From contig CM035350.1 in NCBI GenBank assembly GCA_020137815.1, forward strand, positions 4,526,001 through 4,590,000: 64,000 bases of DNA, written 5' to 3'. The position numbers and the translations under genes were made by a program. The notes beneath the pieces were generated by a model. The model searched no databases. It was not told the DNA's origin and saw only the letters and a program-made list of their open reading frames with translations. The stretch is from Hormiphora californensis (lineage: Eukaryota > Animalia > Ctenophora). The number at the start of each line of letters is the position of its first letter. Position 1 is the stretch's first letter. Positions 30,950-43,451 of this stretch are shown here, piece by piece.

Positions 30950-31580
30950 TGGCTGTCCTCTCCGGTCAGTCTGAGCGGGGTGAGCTTTCCTCTCTGAGCG
31001 GTGGTGGCTTGTCCTCTCTGGAACGGGTGGGCTGCCTCTCTGGATTGGTTGTGGCTGTTCTCACGGGAACGGGGTGGCTCATCCTCTCTGTGAGTCGTTG
31101 TTGGCTGGCCTGTCTTCAACCTGGAGCGGCGGTGGCGTTCTCACTGTACCGGGTGCTATTCTTCTCTGGAACGGGGTGGCTGGTCTCGCACTGGAACGTG
31201 GGTGGCTTTCCTCTATCCTCTGGAGCTGTGTTTCTTTCCTCATGCTTGTAACGTTAGTTTCTGTCCTCTATCTTATCGGTTTTATTTCTTGGTTTTACTC
31301 ACTGGAACGGGGTGGCTATCCTCACTGGAACGGGGTGGGCCTGTCCTCCTCTGGAGCGGCGGTGTCTGTCCTCCTCTCCTGGAACGGGTTGGGCTGTCCT
31401 CTCTGGAGCGTGTGGCCCTGTCTTCTCAACTGGAACGGGTGGCTATCCTCTCTTGAGCAGGTGGGGCTGTCCTCACTGGAACGGGGTTTCGGTAGCTCTT
31501 CTGGAGCGGGGTGGCTGGCCTCACTGGAGCGGGGTGGCTATCCTCTCTGGAACGGGGTGGCTGGTCCTCTCTGGAACGCG
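30950..31580. repeat. Degenerate ~22-bp minisatellite (CTCTCTGGAACGGGGTGGCTGTC-like)
   Basis: CTGGAACGGG(G)TGGCT recurs about 20 times, in a noisy region. Confidence 0.7.
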
Positions 31581-34500
31581 GAGAATTGTCCTTTCCGGAT
31601 TGGTGCCCTGTCTGGGGCGGGTGCCCTGGTGGTGGGGGGTTGGTTAGTGGGTTAGTTTTGTTATTTGAGCCCATCTTATACCCTTCCTGCTTGCCCCTCG
31701 ATTTCCCTAGATTTCAGACGGTTTTGCATTCTTCTTCAGTTTCCCCGATAAGTTGTCCTTCTTAGGCTCCGTTGCAGATGATGGGCTTCTTCTGGATAAT
31801 TAGGAGTCCTTTGCTCCGCACCATGAGCTTTACATAAAACAAATCCCCCTTTTGTACTTTCCCCCCTTACTTTAAAAACCCCTTTGTGCCAATTGTGGGG
31901 GTTCGACTTAACCCTTCAATGTACACTTGATTTGAATCGACCACCTTTAACTACTACCTTTACTCCCGCAGCCCTCCTGGCCCTCAGATCCCACAGGATC
32001 CGGGCTTTCGGGGGATTTCCCCGACTACTCTTTTGCATGGGCATTACGGCCCCATGTGGGGTGGTGCGTGTAGTAGGACCGAGAGAGGCCAGAGAGAGGG
32101 ATTGTAGAGAGAGTCAGCAAGCCTCTTCGCTTCTCGCTCTCTAATCTTCATAGCATAGATCAGCCTAGATAGCTAGATATATATCATCTGTCTCCCTAGA
32201 TAGTCGTTCTACATAATCGCACTTGGTGGTTCCTTTATCCTGTTCGTGAGAGACCTTCCTCCCCATCGTTGTCTCATATCGTCTCACAACACTCCAAATT
32301 TAAAAGCTTTTTCCCAAATATTTTATTAAACTCTCTTGGTGGTGGTATCCAAATTTTACCCTGACTCATCGTTCATTCCCTGCTCTACCCTCCTTTGCTT
32401 GCGCCGCCCCTCTTTACAAATTTAAAAAAAAAACAAGTTATAGACGTCGTTATTGGTCTCATGCAGCATGCTTAGAATTTAGATATAGGGATTCCAACCT
32501 ACTCAGTACTCCTTGACATCATATCTATACCCACACACGCAATTCCCAGGTGTGCAACTGTTGTTGTCCTTCCAAAAATGTCCCTCAGAGGATAACTATT
32601 ATATCTCATACATCCAGCTACAAGCTGCAGGTGGAACAGGAAGAGCAGTGAATCACTGTCAGTGATCAATGGAAAGGGGTTATGTGTGCATGTTCGCGCC
32701 CCTCTTTGTTTCGCAGCCCGCCCGCTGTGGGGTATGGGCATGACATTATAAGGATGAAGCAACCGTGGTAGATTATGCTTTATAATTCTCTATATTTTAG
32801 TTTGACAAATGCAAGATCAAAAATATTTTAATTCTCGAATTTATTTTTTCCCTTCCTCTCTCACTCCTACCTTCTACCTGCCTACACCAAAATCTAACTT
32901 ACTTCCCCCTGCAACTTTCCAAGGAGTCCTCAGTAATCTGAGCGTGAGCTGTCCTCTCGATGCACTTCTGGGCTCGTTTCTACCGGTTCTCTCCTCCTCT
33001 CTCAGTCTCCTCCTCTCTCTGTGTGGTTCCTAAGCTCTCTTTCTTGTATGTACTGTAGTCCGGGATAAGATCTTCGCGTAGGTGTCCTACCTTCTAGTTG
33101 TGGGTGGTTGTGTTGCAGGACCGGATCCACTCGAAATGTGAATTGGTAGGTTGTTAATCAGGTTGTTTAGCAGACATAAACCCTGGCCCCCTGCCCCTAC
33201 TCCAACAACCGCCCATAGTAATATCTCCCTGGCAACCGTTTATCTTCCCGGGTTGGTATTAATTCCACAACCTTCTTTTTTTATCATTTGGGATGGTGAC
33301 CCCCGAAATTTATAAAACTTTCTTTCCGTTGCTTAGTAACCCGTTAGGCCCGGCCCGCCTGTCCCCTTGTGGCCCCTAACCAACATTCACACTTGCTATT
33401 CGCCAATAAGCAGTATAATATATAAGCATTATATTCTCTATACAGATAACGTTTACGATGATCGAACACGGAAACTTTCCCCATCTCTTTAAAATACAAA
33501 CCCTTCTTTTTTACCCTCTAACAATAACAACAACCCTTTCCCTCTCAGAAAGAGACTTCTCGTTGAAGATGAACAGCCGGCCCCAGCAGCCAAGAGCATC
33601 TCCGCTTGAAATCCTAGACCCCACTTATAAGGAGATCACATCTCGACCTTCAGCTGATGAATGTTGTAGGATTACTGTGATAAGGTTTTGTGGTCCCAGC
33701 TCTATCCTCGAAATAATCCCATTATGTTGTTTTTTCACTCAATCGCCTAACTGCTAATTTACAACTCTTCGTGTACTGTATAGCCCATGTATATCTAATC
33801 ACTTATTAACGACCCTTCTATCTGAACACCGAAACCCCTGTTTGTTCTTATCTATCTCACCAACGACCTACAACTACCCTAAACTCCCCGACGCCTTCTT
33901 AACCAGGCGCCTAACCCCACCCAACCCCATCTCCTCCCTCTCCGTGATCACCTCGAGGATCCATTCGACTTTGGAGTTGACTGTCAAACTGCAAGTGCGA
34001 CCACAATGTGTTACTATGAACGGCGACTGTGCAAGTTGGTTCTGTTTGTTTTATGTTATGCTGTGATGTCAGGACATTGAACAGAAATATAGCCTTACTC
34101 CCACTACACTGTTTATATTATATATATATTCAGTCCCCCTACACGTTATATCTATATCATATCATCTAGCTGACTGCGGTATTGGAATCCAGCTCCATTT
34201 TGTCTGTTACAAATGGAATAGGAATAACAGGTAATACTCATAACCTACCGACATGGTCCTATTATTAAAACCCCCTGTATTAGAAAGGAGAATACAGAGG
34301 CGGAATTTTCATTATAGAGTGTTGTGACTATCGGGCTGACCACCTAAACTGCACATCCTTTAAATTGAGATTGTTTCTTCCTGTTTTAATATTGCGGCCC
34401 CCCTCATTCCACGTACCCCACATTCGGTGTTTTGATACATGGTCCCTACTTTCTAACTGCTGTTCATAGACCCATTGTATGATATACCCTTCACCACGGT

Positions 34501-35029
34501 TTCTCAGCTCTTAATAATATTTTAGTTCGATACCAGATTTTTTTTCTGTTCTGCAATTCCCCATTTGTGGTCCTTTTCAAATCCACTTATACTATCGCTT
34601 CATCAATGGTGTCCTGCACGTTTTCCAATGCGACCCGGCGCACTTTTTGGTACAAAATCCATTTTCAGTCACACGTACACTAACAGTCCGACGAACTAAC
34701 CCGTACCTACCCACCCGCGCTAAAAACGTCTCTCATCGCGTGTCGGGAGAAGTGCACGTCAGCTCAATCATCGATGTCCCGCCGCCTGTCGGCGACTGTC
34801 GCCGCTTCTGTTTGGGGCGCGCACAACGATGGAGCAAGGATCCCCACTATTTGATGTGGTGCGCTCTGGGAGTGGTGTCTTTTGGAGGTGGTACGCTCTT
34901 GGATGGGGTGCGCTCTTGAACTTTATTATGGTTCCTTATTGGTTTTCTTGACAAAAAAGTGAAGAGTTTTCGAAAATCGCTTGAAAATATTTGTTGTTTG
35001 TCTTTTCTTTTTTTCTGGGTGTTTGGATC

Positions 35030-35050
35030 TTGAAAAGCGCTGCGTTATCC
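35030..35050 (-). promoter_or_regulatory. Copy of dispersed motif GGATAANGCAGCGCTTTTCAA (others at 26052, 27416, 27463, 61331)
   Basis: Five near-identical copies, all intergenic and upstream of genes; regulatory role is inferred. Confidence 0.45.
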
Positions 35051-35119
35051 CGCTGCACTGCTCATGTGCGGCCCCCTGTCCTTTTATTAAGAAATTCGAC
35101 TTTAAGACAGTATGTTTTT

Positions 35120-38100
35120 ATGACTTTCATTTCACTCAGTTCAATCACTCTTTCTCATCAATGGAATGTATTGAATTATTGCTGACTCATTCAAACTGCA
35201 TGCCGCTTCGATTACTTGGTGGTATCGCTCCCCATCCCAATCCCTTCTGTTTTCTTGGAGGAGTTCGAGACACTATCTACTTCATGGTCGGGCGGAAATG
35301 TCGGGAGAGGTCGTCAAACTTGGGGTTGATTTCAACATCCATTTACGAACATACATGAAGTTTTGTGTTGCTTGCCAAATCCTTCTGTGACATCCTGATG
35401 TCACTCTTTCCTTCAACACGCATCGGTTGAACACACCGCCACTCATGTCTCCTGTGGAATACAACTCGAGCCTAGTTCTCACTGCGACGAAATCTCCCCC
35501 TGATGCCTTCCAATATTAAATCTTGCTGTAGGATACTCCGCAAGCCGCCTGATCCACGCACTGGTTGCGTTTAAAAAAATAAATTTAAAACCTTCTCCAA
35601 TCGGCGGGGCTCCATTAGCGGAAGGACTTCATCTTCATTCAACGGACGGGATAAGTCAAAATTTGGATGTGGATGACACCCTTCGATGCACACCATCTAC
35701 TGAACCTCCTCCGCCACGCCTGCGACACATAAGAATTCCCTAGTGAACTGGTTGAGATCATTCCTGTATTATGACCTCTGTCCGATTTTTGGACGAACTT
35801 TGCCCGATTTAGAATTAAGGTTTTCCAGAAAATCTAGCCCTCCCTGGTTTTATAAGTGACATGTCAGGCGGCAAACGGCACGCAAGGAAAAGACCGAGCT
35901 TTGATTCAATGCTTACCGGGAATGATATATGTGTCCCTCGCATATACTGGTTGAATCTCTGAGGAATCTCAGACGGGAGGGACCGAAAAGAGGGCCATCA
36001 CGGTTCATCATCACTTCAACCAGAGAACGACTACTATCGGAGGAACTGGAAGAGGCTGGAATGACCAATCGGTAATATATCGAATTACTAATGGAATTAC
36101 TTGGCAAGGAGAAGAATCCGAGCACACTACCGGAACATGATGACCAGTTGATCTCTGTCAAAAATTCATTCAGTATTTCAAGGAAAAAGTGGACAAAATC
36201 TATTTGGACATCAAGAAACTACGGACAGAAGACGTCACCAGAGGACCCGAAACTCCCAGCCCACCACAACTCGATTCCTTTCGTGCATTATCTAGTGAGG
36301 AGCTAGTTAAAATTGTTCGATCAATGAACTAACAAACAATGTGACCTTGACCCTCTACACCATCAAAACTGGTCGGAGAATGCATCCACGAACTGATGCC
36401 GATAATATTGGCTATTGTCAACGGTAGCCTTACTAGTGGAGTGTTTCCCTCTACATTGAAAAAGGCCATGATACGACCGGTTTACAAAGGGAAAGGACTC
36501 GACTCGAACAGCATGTCAAGTTATCGACCGATTTCTAATCTGAGTTTTATCTCAAAGATTATTGAAAAGTGCGTTGCTCTACAGATTACAGAACATCTGG
36601 AAAGCCATGGACTTCTTGCCTCAGTTCAATCGGCATACAGACAGAAGCACTCCTGTGAAACAGCAACACTACGTATATTCAATGATCTGCTAGTTCTCAC
36701 TGATAAACGGAATAAGGCCGTTCTTCTCCTCTTGGATCTATCCGCTGCTTTCGACACAGTCCCTCACAACATTCTCATTAGCCGATTGGACAAGATGTAT
36801 GGAATCAAAGGGGTGGCTCTCGAGTGGTTCCAGTCATATCTGAAAGACCGGGTAGCAGTTGTCAAAATTGGCAAAAGTCAATCACTTCCTGTTAACATCG
36901 AAATAGGTGTACCGCAGGGATCCATCCTCGGTCCGTTACTTTTTATTCTGTTCACTAAGGACTTGGAAGCTATAGCGGCACGACACAAAACCAAGATTCA
37001 CCTCTACGCTGACGATTCTCAGCTATATGTCAGCTTCACAAACGATGCCTGGAACGAATGTGAGTCTCAACTCAAAAAATGTTTCTTGGAAATTAAAGCA
37101 TGGATGGCATCCAGTTACCTGAAACTAAACCCGGCAAAAACTGAGTTGATGTTCATTTCCTCTCGAACTGATAATAGTCCAAACCCACTGGATTATTCAG
37201 ATCCTCTAACATTGTGTGATGAGGAAGGACCCCTCTCGGCGACCATCTTTCCCTCCCAGACTGCCAAGAATCTGGGTGTTGTCTTTGATGAAAAACTTAC
37301 CATGAAAGAACATGTTTCAAAAGTTGTGAAGGAATGTAACTATAACCTTGTCAACCTCCGTAGAATTGGAAACAAGCTACAGAGAAGACACAAGGTTCAG
37401 CTGGTCCATTCGCTCATCCACTCTCGTCTGGACTACTGTAACGGCTTACTAATTGGTGCCGATAAATGTGACATTGCCAGATTGCAAAAAGTGCAGAACG
37501 CAGCGACTCGCTTTGTGTTTGGAAGGTGGCAGTGGAGGGGAGTTACAGACCTCAGGCGGCAATTACACTTTCTTCCAGTTGATGCTAGAATTGAATTTAA
37601 AATCTGTCTCATGGTTTTCAAGTGTCTAAACAATCAAGCACCACAATATCTTCAAAATCTAATAAACAAACGTCAGAGGAAAGGAAAATCACTACGTCAC
37701 GACGGTGATCTGACCCTTTTGGAAAGGGATTTTTCAACCAAGTACAAAACCACACAGCGTGCATTTCAAGTTTCAGGCCCGAGGATCTGGAATCAACTTC
37801 CCATTGACATTCGCAACTGTTCAGACGAGGAAACTTTCAAATCCAGACTCAAAACCCACCTGTTTGAAAAGTCGTATGGTGATTGGGATGGACTGTCCCA
37901 TTAATTTATGTGTACATCTATACGTCCGCTGCATGCACTGAGCTTCAGAATTATGGAGCAGTGATTCGCTCCACTCTTTTATTTCGTGATTAATCTCTTT
38001 TCTATGTAACTTATTACATTGATTTAACATATATTTTCATACATATAATTATTTCTTACTTAATCAAAAACATTAATTTATTATCTAATTATTATCATCA

Positions 38101-38279
38101 TATCTGGGCTATTAATATCACTCATATCATCTTTCTTTTCCACGTTGGGTTCACCGCTTTAGAAGGCTGGTAGGAGTGCTCTGGCGCTCATCGAGTAACT
38201 TAGTATGACGTTTATCACTCTTACTATTATTAGTCAAAAAGCGGGATGTTAAATGTACATTTTGATTGATTGATTGATT
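35120..38279 (+). mobile_element. 5'-truncated L2-group LINE (degenerate APE endonuclease + intact RT), (TTGA)n tail, 22-bp target-site duplication
   Basis: RT ORF 36396-37904 (YRPISNL, LLDLSAAFDTV, GVPQGSILGP, YADD, SRLDYCN). APE remnants (DFNIH ~35330). GACTTTAAGACAGTATGTTTTT at both 35098-35119 and 38280-38301. Confidence 0.92.
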
Positions 38280-38381
38280 GACTTTAAGACAGTATGTTTT
38301 TTAGACAGTCCGTTCGTTTCTGGTTTCGGTCCTCCTCTTCTTTCTCTGCCTCTCTACTTTAGAAACGTGGAGCGGAATGAT

Positions 38382-38698
38382 ATGGACCTTCAGACGATAG
38401 CAACATCTGTAGCATCAGTAATAGGGTCACTTGCTATCGTAGCACTCTTTATCGGTGCAGGTAAGAGTTGGATCTGTGTCAAAATTCATTGCGTGCTGCT
38501 CTTCATACAACACGGACTTGTCATTCAAATATCAATACAACATGAAATTATCTTTCAGCATGGTATATTCTTTGGCGATTGCTTCTATCAAAAATGCCAG
38601 TCTTCAGAGCTATCTTCGGCCTCGACAAAGAGGAAAAACGCCCCGGATCCGCCAACTCCAGCTCTTCGCGAAAAGCAAAAACTCGTAAAGCGGACTGA
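38382..38698 (+). CDS. SMIM13: Small integral membrane protein 13-like (72 aa), exons 38382-38460 and 38559-38698
   Basis: Spliced product MDLQTIATSVASVIGSLAIVALFIGAAWYILWRLLLSKMPVFRAIFG… resembles the SMIM13 core (WYFVWHLFLSKFKFLREL, from memory). Phase-1 GT/AG intron. Confidence 0.75.
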
Positions 38699-38880
38699 CA
38701 ATAACAAATTGTGACTGTGTGTAAAAACGATATTTATCGAACTTGTTCTTTTTAATCCCGTTGATTTCAGATTTATATTCCGTTGTTCTCTATTGAGGCT
38801 GTTTTTTATTATCCAATTCTCTAAAACTCTCCGGTTCGGACCGTGAATGTAACTTCTCCAGACTAAACATTTAGCGCTTC

Positions 38881-41336
38881 ATGTATTCTGTTGGTCGTAG
38901 AAACGAGAGACGATATGATACAAGCAGGCCAGAGCTACACGAGGTTAGAATGAACTAACTTACTAATAATTAAGGGTACGCTAACCAAAAATTTTTTTCG
39001 AGTGCAGGGAAATCTCTCACCGTAGGGTTGTAGGCCATGCCAAGGAGACCTCAAATATGCAATTTGAGCTCTCAAGTCGAATTCATATTTTTGCTACAGC
39101 TGCTTGAAAAATGAACTGAAAATAAGTTTTTGGCATCTCAAAAAAATTTTTTCAAAGATAGGAGCATGAATATTTGGGGATTTGAAGAGGACATGAAGGT
39201 GAATAACCACAAAATTTTTTTTTGCAATCCGAGCTGATTTCCGGTCCTGAGATGGATTTCTTTTTTTCCACTTTAACGCCCTATTTGGCAAAGTTCCGAA
39301 AACATGTGAAAGCTGTAAATTGGTGAAAAGTTGCGTCTAACGATTATCTAAGTGGCCATAAATTTTGGGCGTGTCCTTATTTGAGATAAGCTGTACAGAA
39401 TTTTTTTTGTGAAAGCCGTCATTTCAGAAATAAATAAATTCCCTGTATCTCAAAAACAGCTGATCGTAGAGACCTGAGACTATGCTTAAACGATTCAGAA
39501 GGTCCGATTTTGGGGGGGTCTTCTGAGAGACATTTTGCTCCTACTTCAACCGTTTTTGCTGTAATTGCGAAAAACAAATTCTATGAAAAGGGCAAAAGCT
39601 AAACTCCAATATCCTGTAATTAGGGAATTTTAGCTAAGAAAGGACCGAAACTATGGAAAAATGTTTAACAAGCTAATTCCTTCACTATTTGGTCCATATG
39701 GGTCCCTATAATCATCAAAAACAAAATCACAAAAAATCCACGATGGCGAAGATGGGTTATTGTTTTTCGCAATTACAGCAAAAACGGTTGAAGTAGGAGC
39801 AAAATGTCTCTCAGAAGACCCCCCCCAAAATCGGACCTTCTGAATCGTTTAAGCATAGTCTCAGGTCTCTACGATCAGCCGTTTTTGAGATACAGGGAAT
39901 TTATTTATTTCTGAAATGACGGCTTTCACAAAAAAAACTCCGTACAGCTTATCTCAAATAAGGACACGCCCAAAATTTATGGCCACTTAGATAATCGTTA
40001 GACGCAACTTTTCACCAATTTACAGCTTTCACATGTTTTCGGAACTTTGCCAAATAGGGCGTTAAAGTGGAAAAAAAGAAATCCATCTCAGGACCGGAAA
40101 TCAGCTCGGATTGCAAAAAAATTTTTTGTGGTTATTCACCTTCATGTCCTCTTCAAATCCCCAAATTTTCATGCTCCTATCTTTGAAAAAAAAATTTTGA
40201 GATGCCAAAAACTTATTTTCAGGACATTTTTTAAACAGCTGTAGCAAAAATATGAATTCGACTTAAGGGCTAAAATTGCATATTTGAGATCTCCTTGGTA
40301 TGGCCTACAACCCTACGGTGAGAGATTTCCCTGCACTCGAAAAAAATTTTTGGTTAGCGTACCCTTAAAGCTGTATAAAGTGCTGTAAGTGGAAATAATA
40401 CTCAAATTGTACTACCCTTTATTAGGAAGTGAGGTTGTTTAAGAATGCCAGGGAACGAGAGAAGTACGACAATATGGCGGATCTATTTGCCCTGATCCAG
40501 ACTCTCCAGTGTTTGGAGAAAGCGTACATTAAGGATGCTGTGTCAGCACGTGATTACACAGATTCGTGTGCTAAACTCCTTGCACAAATCAATGTACGTT
40601 AATGCGATAGTTTAGTTAGTCTCCTTATTGTCAGTCGATGTACGTTGTGCCAGGAACATACAAACATAATTATATGGCAATTGAAACCTAAATCATCCTC
40701 CTCCCAGGCTGCGTTCAATTTGGTAAAATCTTCAACATATCGAGACATTCCTACCTTCATGCGAGAATACTATTTGGACTGTCCTGCTGCTTTACAAAGA
40801 ATTGAAGAAGGAAAACCCATTACGGTACAGGACAATCAAGGTAACACAGGTCACAGTGATAGTTGTTGTAGTTTCATTGTAAATATTTTAGTCTTTGTCT
40901 GGATCAGAATGTGTCGACTAAGTTCCAATGTTGACCAACATTTCTCTCAGGAAACATCAGTAAGAGTGTGGCTGATGTTATTTCTCTTTACATTACCCTC
41001 TGTGATAAGCTGCAGATGGATATGAGGGCTAAAGATGAACTATACACAGATTTGAAATGTCTCACAGATGTTCTTGATAGAATGAGCAGTCTACCACCCG
41101 ATTTTGAGGGGAAAATGAAGGTCTACTTTTGGTAAGCTTCCACAATTGAAAAATCAGAAAATCTGGGTTGTAATTCCACACTTTTTGAACTTTAAATCCT
41201 AACCTTCGGTTCCAATGTCAGGGTCAAGGAACTGGACAAGTTATCTGCAGCTGAAACTCTCAGTGACGATCAAGTGAGACAGATGGTATTTGACTTGGAA
41301 TCAAGTAGAGAGGCATTTGTTCGCACTTTGGGATAA
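38881..41336 (+). CDS. VPS28: ESCRT-I subunit VPS28; exons 38881-38943, 40426-40593, 40708-40840, 40951-41131, 41222-41336
   Basis: RPELHE|[22 protein letters not shown]…[10 protein letters not shown]…[17 protein letters not shown]…DFEGK…[10 protein letters not shown]. All introns are GT-AG with consistent phases. Confidence 0.95.
38974..40364. mobile_element. Foldback-type non-autonomous DNA transposon, TTAA target duplication, GG…CC termini (Kolobok-like), in VPS28 intron 1
   Basis: TTAA|GGGTACGCTAACC … GGTTAGCGTACCC|TTAA. Near-identical inverted arms of ~600 bp (38974-~39577; ~39760-40364) around a ~180-bp spacer. Confidence 0.9.
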
Positions 41337-41745
41337 ACTGACAGATCTCTTATTGTTTAGGGTTGGGAGTGTGTCATAGGGGGACTATTTACCATAATTA
41401 GTTGTTTTCAGGGATTAGTAAACCTTGTACATTGAACAAGATAAATTCGAGTGTGTCGTATATCTTTTGTCCTTTCCATATTTTCTACTGATAATTAGAG
41501 ATAGAGCGATTGTTATGAAAAACAATAGTATTCTTTTTTCACACTGATGGCAGAGCGTGTTGCGTTTGTTAGACGGGAATATCTACGCTGCTGCCACTGA
41601 TTAGTAGATTGATATTACCAACCTAGAGTTTGTGTGCATTGCATTTTTGTAAATATTTATGTTTCTGATTTTACCCATTTCAAACTGATCCCATTTATAT
41701 CTCTCCATTATAATTAACACTCTCTCTCTCCCTCCCTCTCCCCAG

Positions 41746-43293
41746 ATGGCTAAGCCGGTTGTTAAGGTGCTAGTTGCTGGTAGTGTGGAGGGTAACGTCA
41801 AACAACTCTGTACACGGATTAACAATGTCAACTCAAAAAGTGGACCCTTCGATTTGGTCCTAATTCCTGGCCGGGTCATTGGGGACAATTTGGAGTCATG
41901 GTTAGCACTGCGTGACGGTACCCTCCGTATCGATGTACCTACGTACATACTCGGTCCAACAGAGTCCACCCAAGTCCCGTATTACTCCCAGATCCCCCCG
42001 GACGGGCAGGTGGCAGATAATGTGACCTACTTGGGCAGAAGGGGTGTCTACACCACCACATCGGGCCTCTCTGTTGCATATCTCAGTGGTCAGTACAGTG
42101 AAAAGGGAGGCTCCACTCACACCTATACCGCATCTGATCTATCTGTACTGCACGCTCAGGCTGGTATTATCCACGGCGTGGATATTCTCATCACCTCGGA
42201 GTGGCCGGAACACATCCTGAAGTATGTAAAAGGGCCCCAGAATGCACCCTCGGGGGTTGGGGAGGTATCTAAACTGGTCAACGTGCTGAAGCCCCGGTAT
42301 CACTTTGTTGCGGGTCCTCATTATGAGAGGCTGCCCTACCGGAACCATAAGATTCTCCACGAGCGAGCCCAGTACTGTACCCGCTTTATCTCTCTGGGCT
42401 GTGCGGGAAATAAGACGAAGTGCAAGTGGCTGTATGCCTTTAACATTACCCCCCTTAAACACATCTCAGATGAAGAGCTGAGGAAGCAACCCTCGGAGAC
42501 AACTGAGAACCCGTATATAGAGATGGAGAGGGAGGAGGGGAAGGTGGAGGACCGGAACAGGCAACACTTTTACAGCACACCAGGGGAGAAGAGGAAGATG
42601 CCGGGATCAGACCAGCCAAATAAGCGGGGTGATAGTTGTTGGTTCTGTTTGAAGTCTCCAAATGTTGAGAAACACCTAGTCATATCGGTCGGAGGGAGCA
42701 TGTATCTGGCGCTGGCTAAGGGAGCCCTATCGGCCGACCATGTCATGATTATCCCAACTAACCATATCAAATGTCAACAATTCTTAGACGATGATCAACA
42801 GGCTGATGTTGAGAAGTTCAAATCATCTCTTCGGAGCCTTTACAGGACTCTGAAAAAGAGCACAGCTGTATTCTTCGAGCGTTCACTGGCAACCTCTCAT
42901 CTCCAGATCCAAAGTGTGCCAATAGCCCGGTACTCGGTTGCCGACATTAAGGATGTGTTCTACAGGTTCTCCTCCAAGTTGTCCCTCGAGGTACAGGAGG
43001 TGCCTGCCGGTGAGAGTTGGAAGGATCTGGTACCTCCAGGTTGTGATTACTTCCTGGTAGAGTTTGAGAACCAGGACAAGATGTTGTTCCTGTGTTCCAA
43101 CTCGGTTCGGTTCCCCCTCCAGTTTGGAAGGGAGGTGCTGGCTTCTGAGGGGTTGTTGAACATGCCGAGGAGAGCTAATTGGAAACATTGCCAGGTGTCA
43201 AAGGAACAGGAGGAACACGACGTGAAGGAATTCAGGCAGCAATTCCAGGAGTTTGACCCCTTCAAAGTTGATAGTGACAGTGATAGCGACTGA
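41746..43293 (+). CDS. CWF19L1: CWF19-like protein 1 (Drn1; metallophosphoesterase-like + CwfJ C-terminal domains), uninterrupted CDS
   Basis: 515 aa with KSGPFD, GVDILITSEWP, LKPRYHF, YERLPYRNH, TRFISL, CWFCL.SP.VEKHL, YLALAKG and FPLQFGREVLA. Confidence 0.95.
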   Translation: MAKPVVKVLVAGSVEGNVKQLCTRINNVNSKSGPFDLVLIPGRVIGDNLESWLALRDGTLRIDVPTYILGPTESTQVPYYSQIPPDGQVADNVTYLGRRGVYTTTSGLSVAYLSGQYSEKGGSTHTYTASDLSVLHAQAGIIHGVDILITSEWPEHILKYVKGPQNAPSGVGEVSKLVNVLKPRYHFVAGPHYERLPYRNHKILHERAQYCTRFISLGCAGNKTKCKWLYAFNITPLKHISDEELRKQPSETTENPYIEMEREEGKVEDRNRQHFYSTPGEKRKMPGSDQPNKRGDSCWFCLKSPNVEKHLVISVGGSMYLALAKGALSADHVMIIPTNHIKCQQFLDDDQQADVEKFKSSLRSLYRTLKKSTAVFFERSLATSHLQIQSVPIARYSVADIKDVFYRFSSKLSLEVQEVPAGESWKDLVPPGCDYFLVEFENQDKMLFLCSNSVRFPLQFGREVLASEGLLNMPRRANWKHCQVSKEQEEHDVKEFRQQFQEFDPFKVDSDSDSD

Positions 43294-43451
43294 GTATTGA
43301 ATATATTGTTTTTAAGTGTGTGTGACATAGTTTTTAACGCTCTTTCAAAAAAGATTTATCAGATTATTATTTTGAGCTGTAACAGCTGTTATCCAATGTG
43401 TATCTTTCTCTCTCTTTATTTAACTTCCTATATCTTCCTCTATCTTTAGGG

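Noticed and set aside
30130-34620. Many short ORFs in a gene-free stretch
   Set aside because: No recognisable domains; degenerate repeats and probable low-accuracy sequence. A hidden gene cannot be excluded.
39094-40244. Twin 65-aa ORFs on opposite strands
   Set aside because: Mirror images within the two arms of the foldback element; no transposase features.
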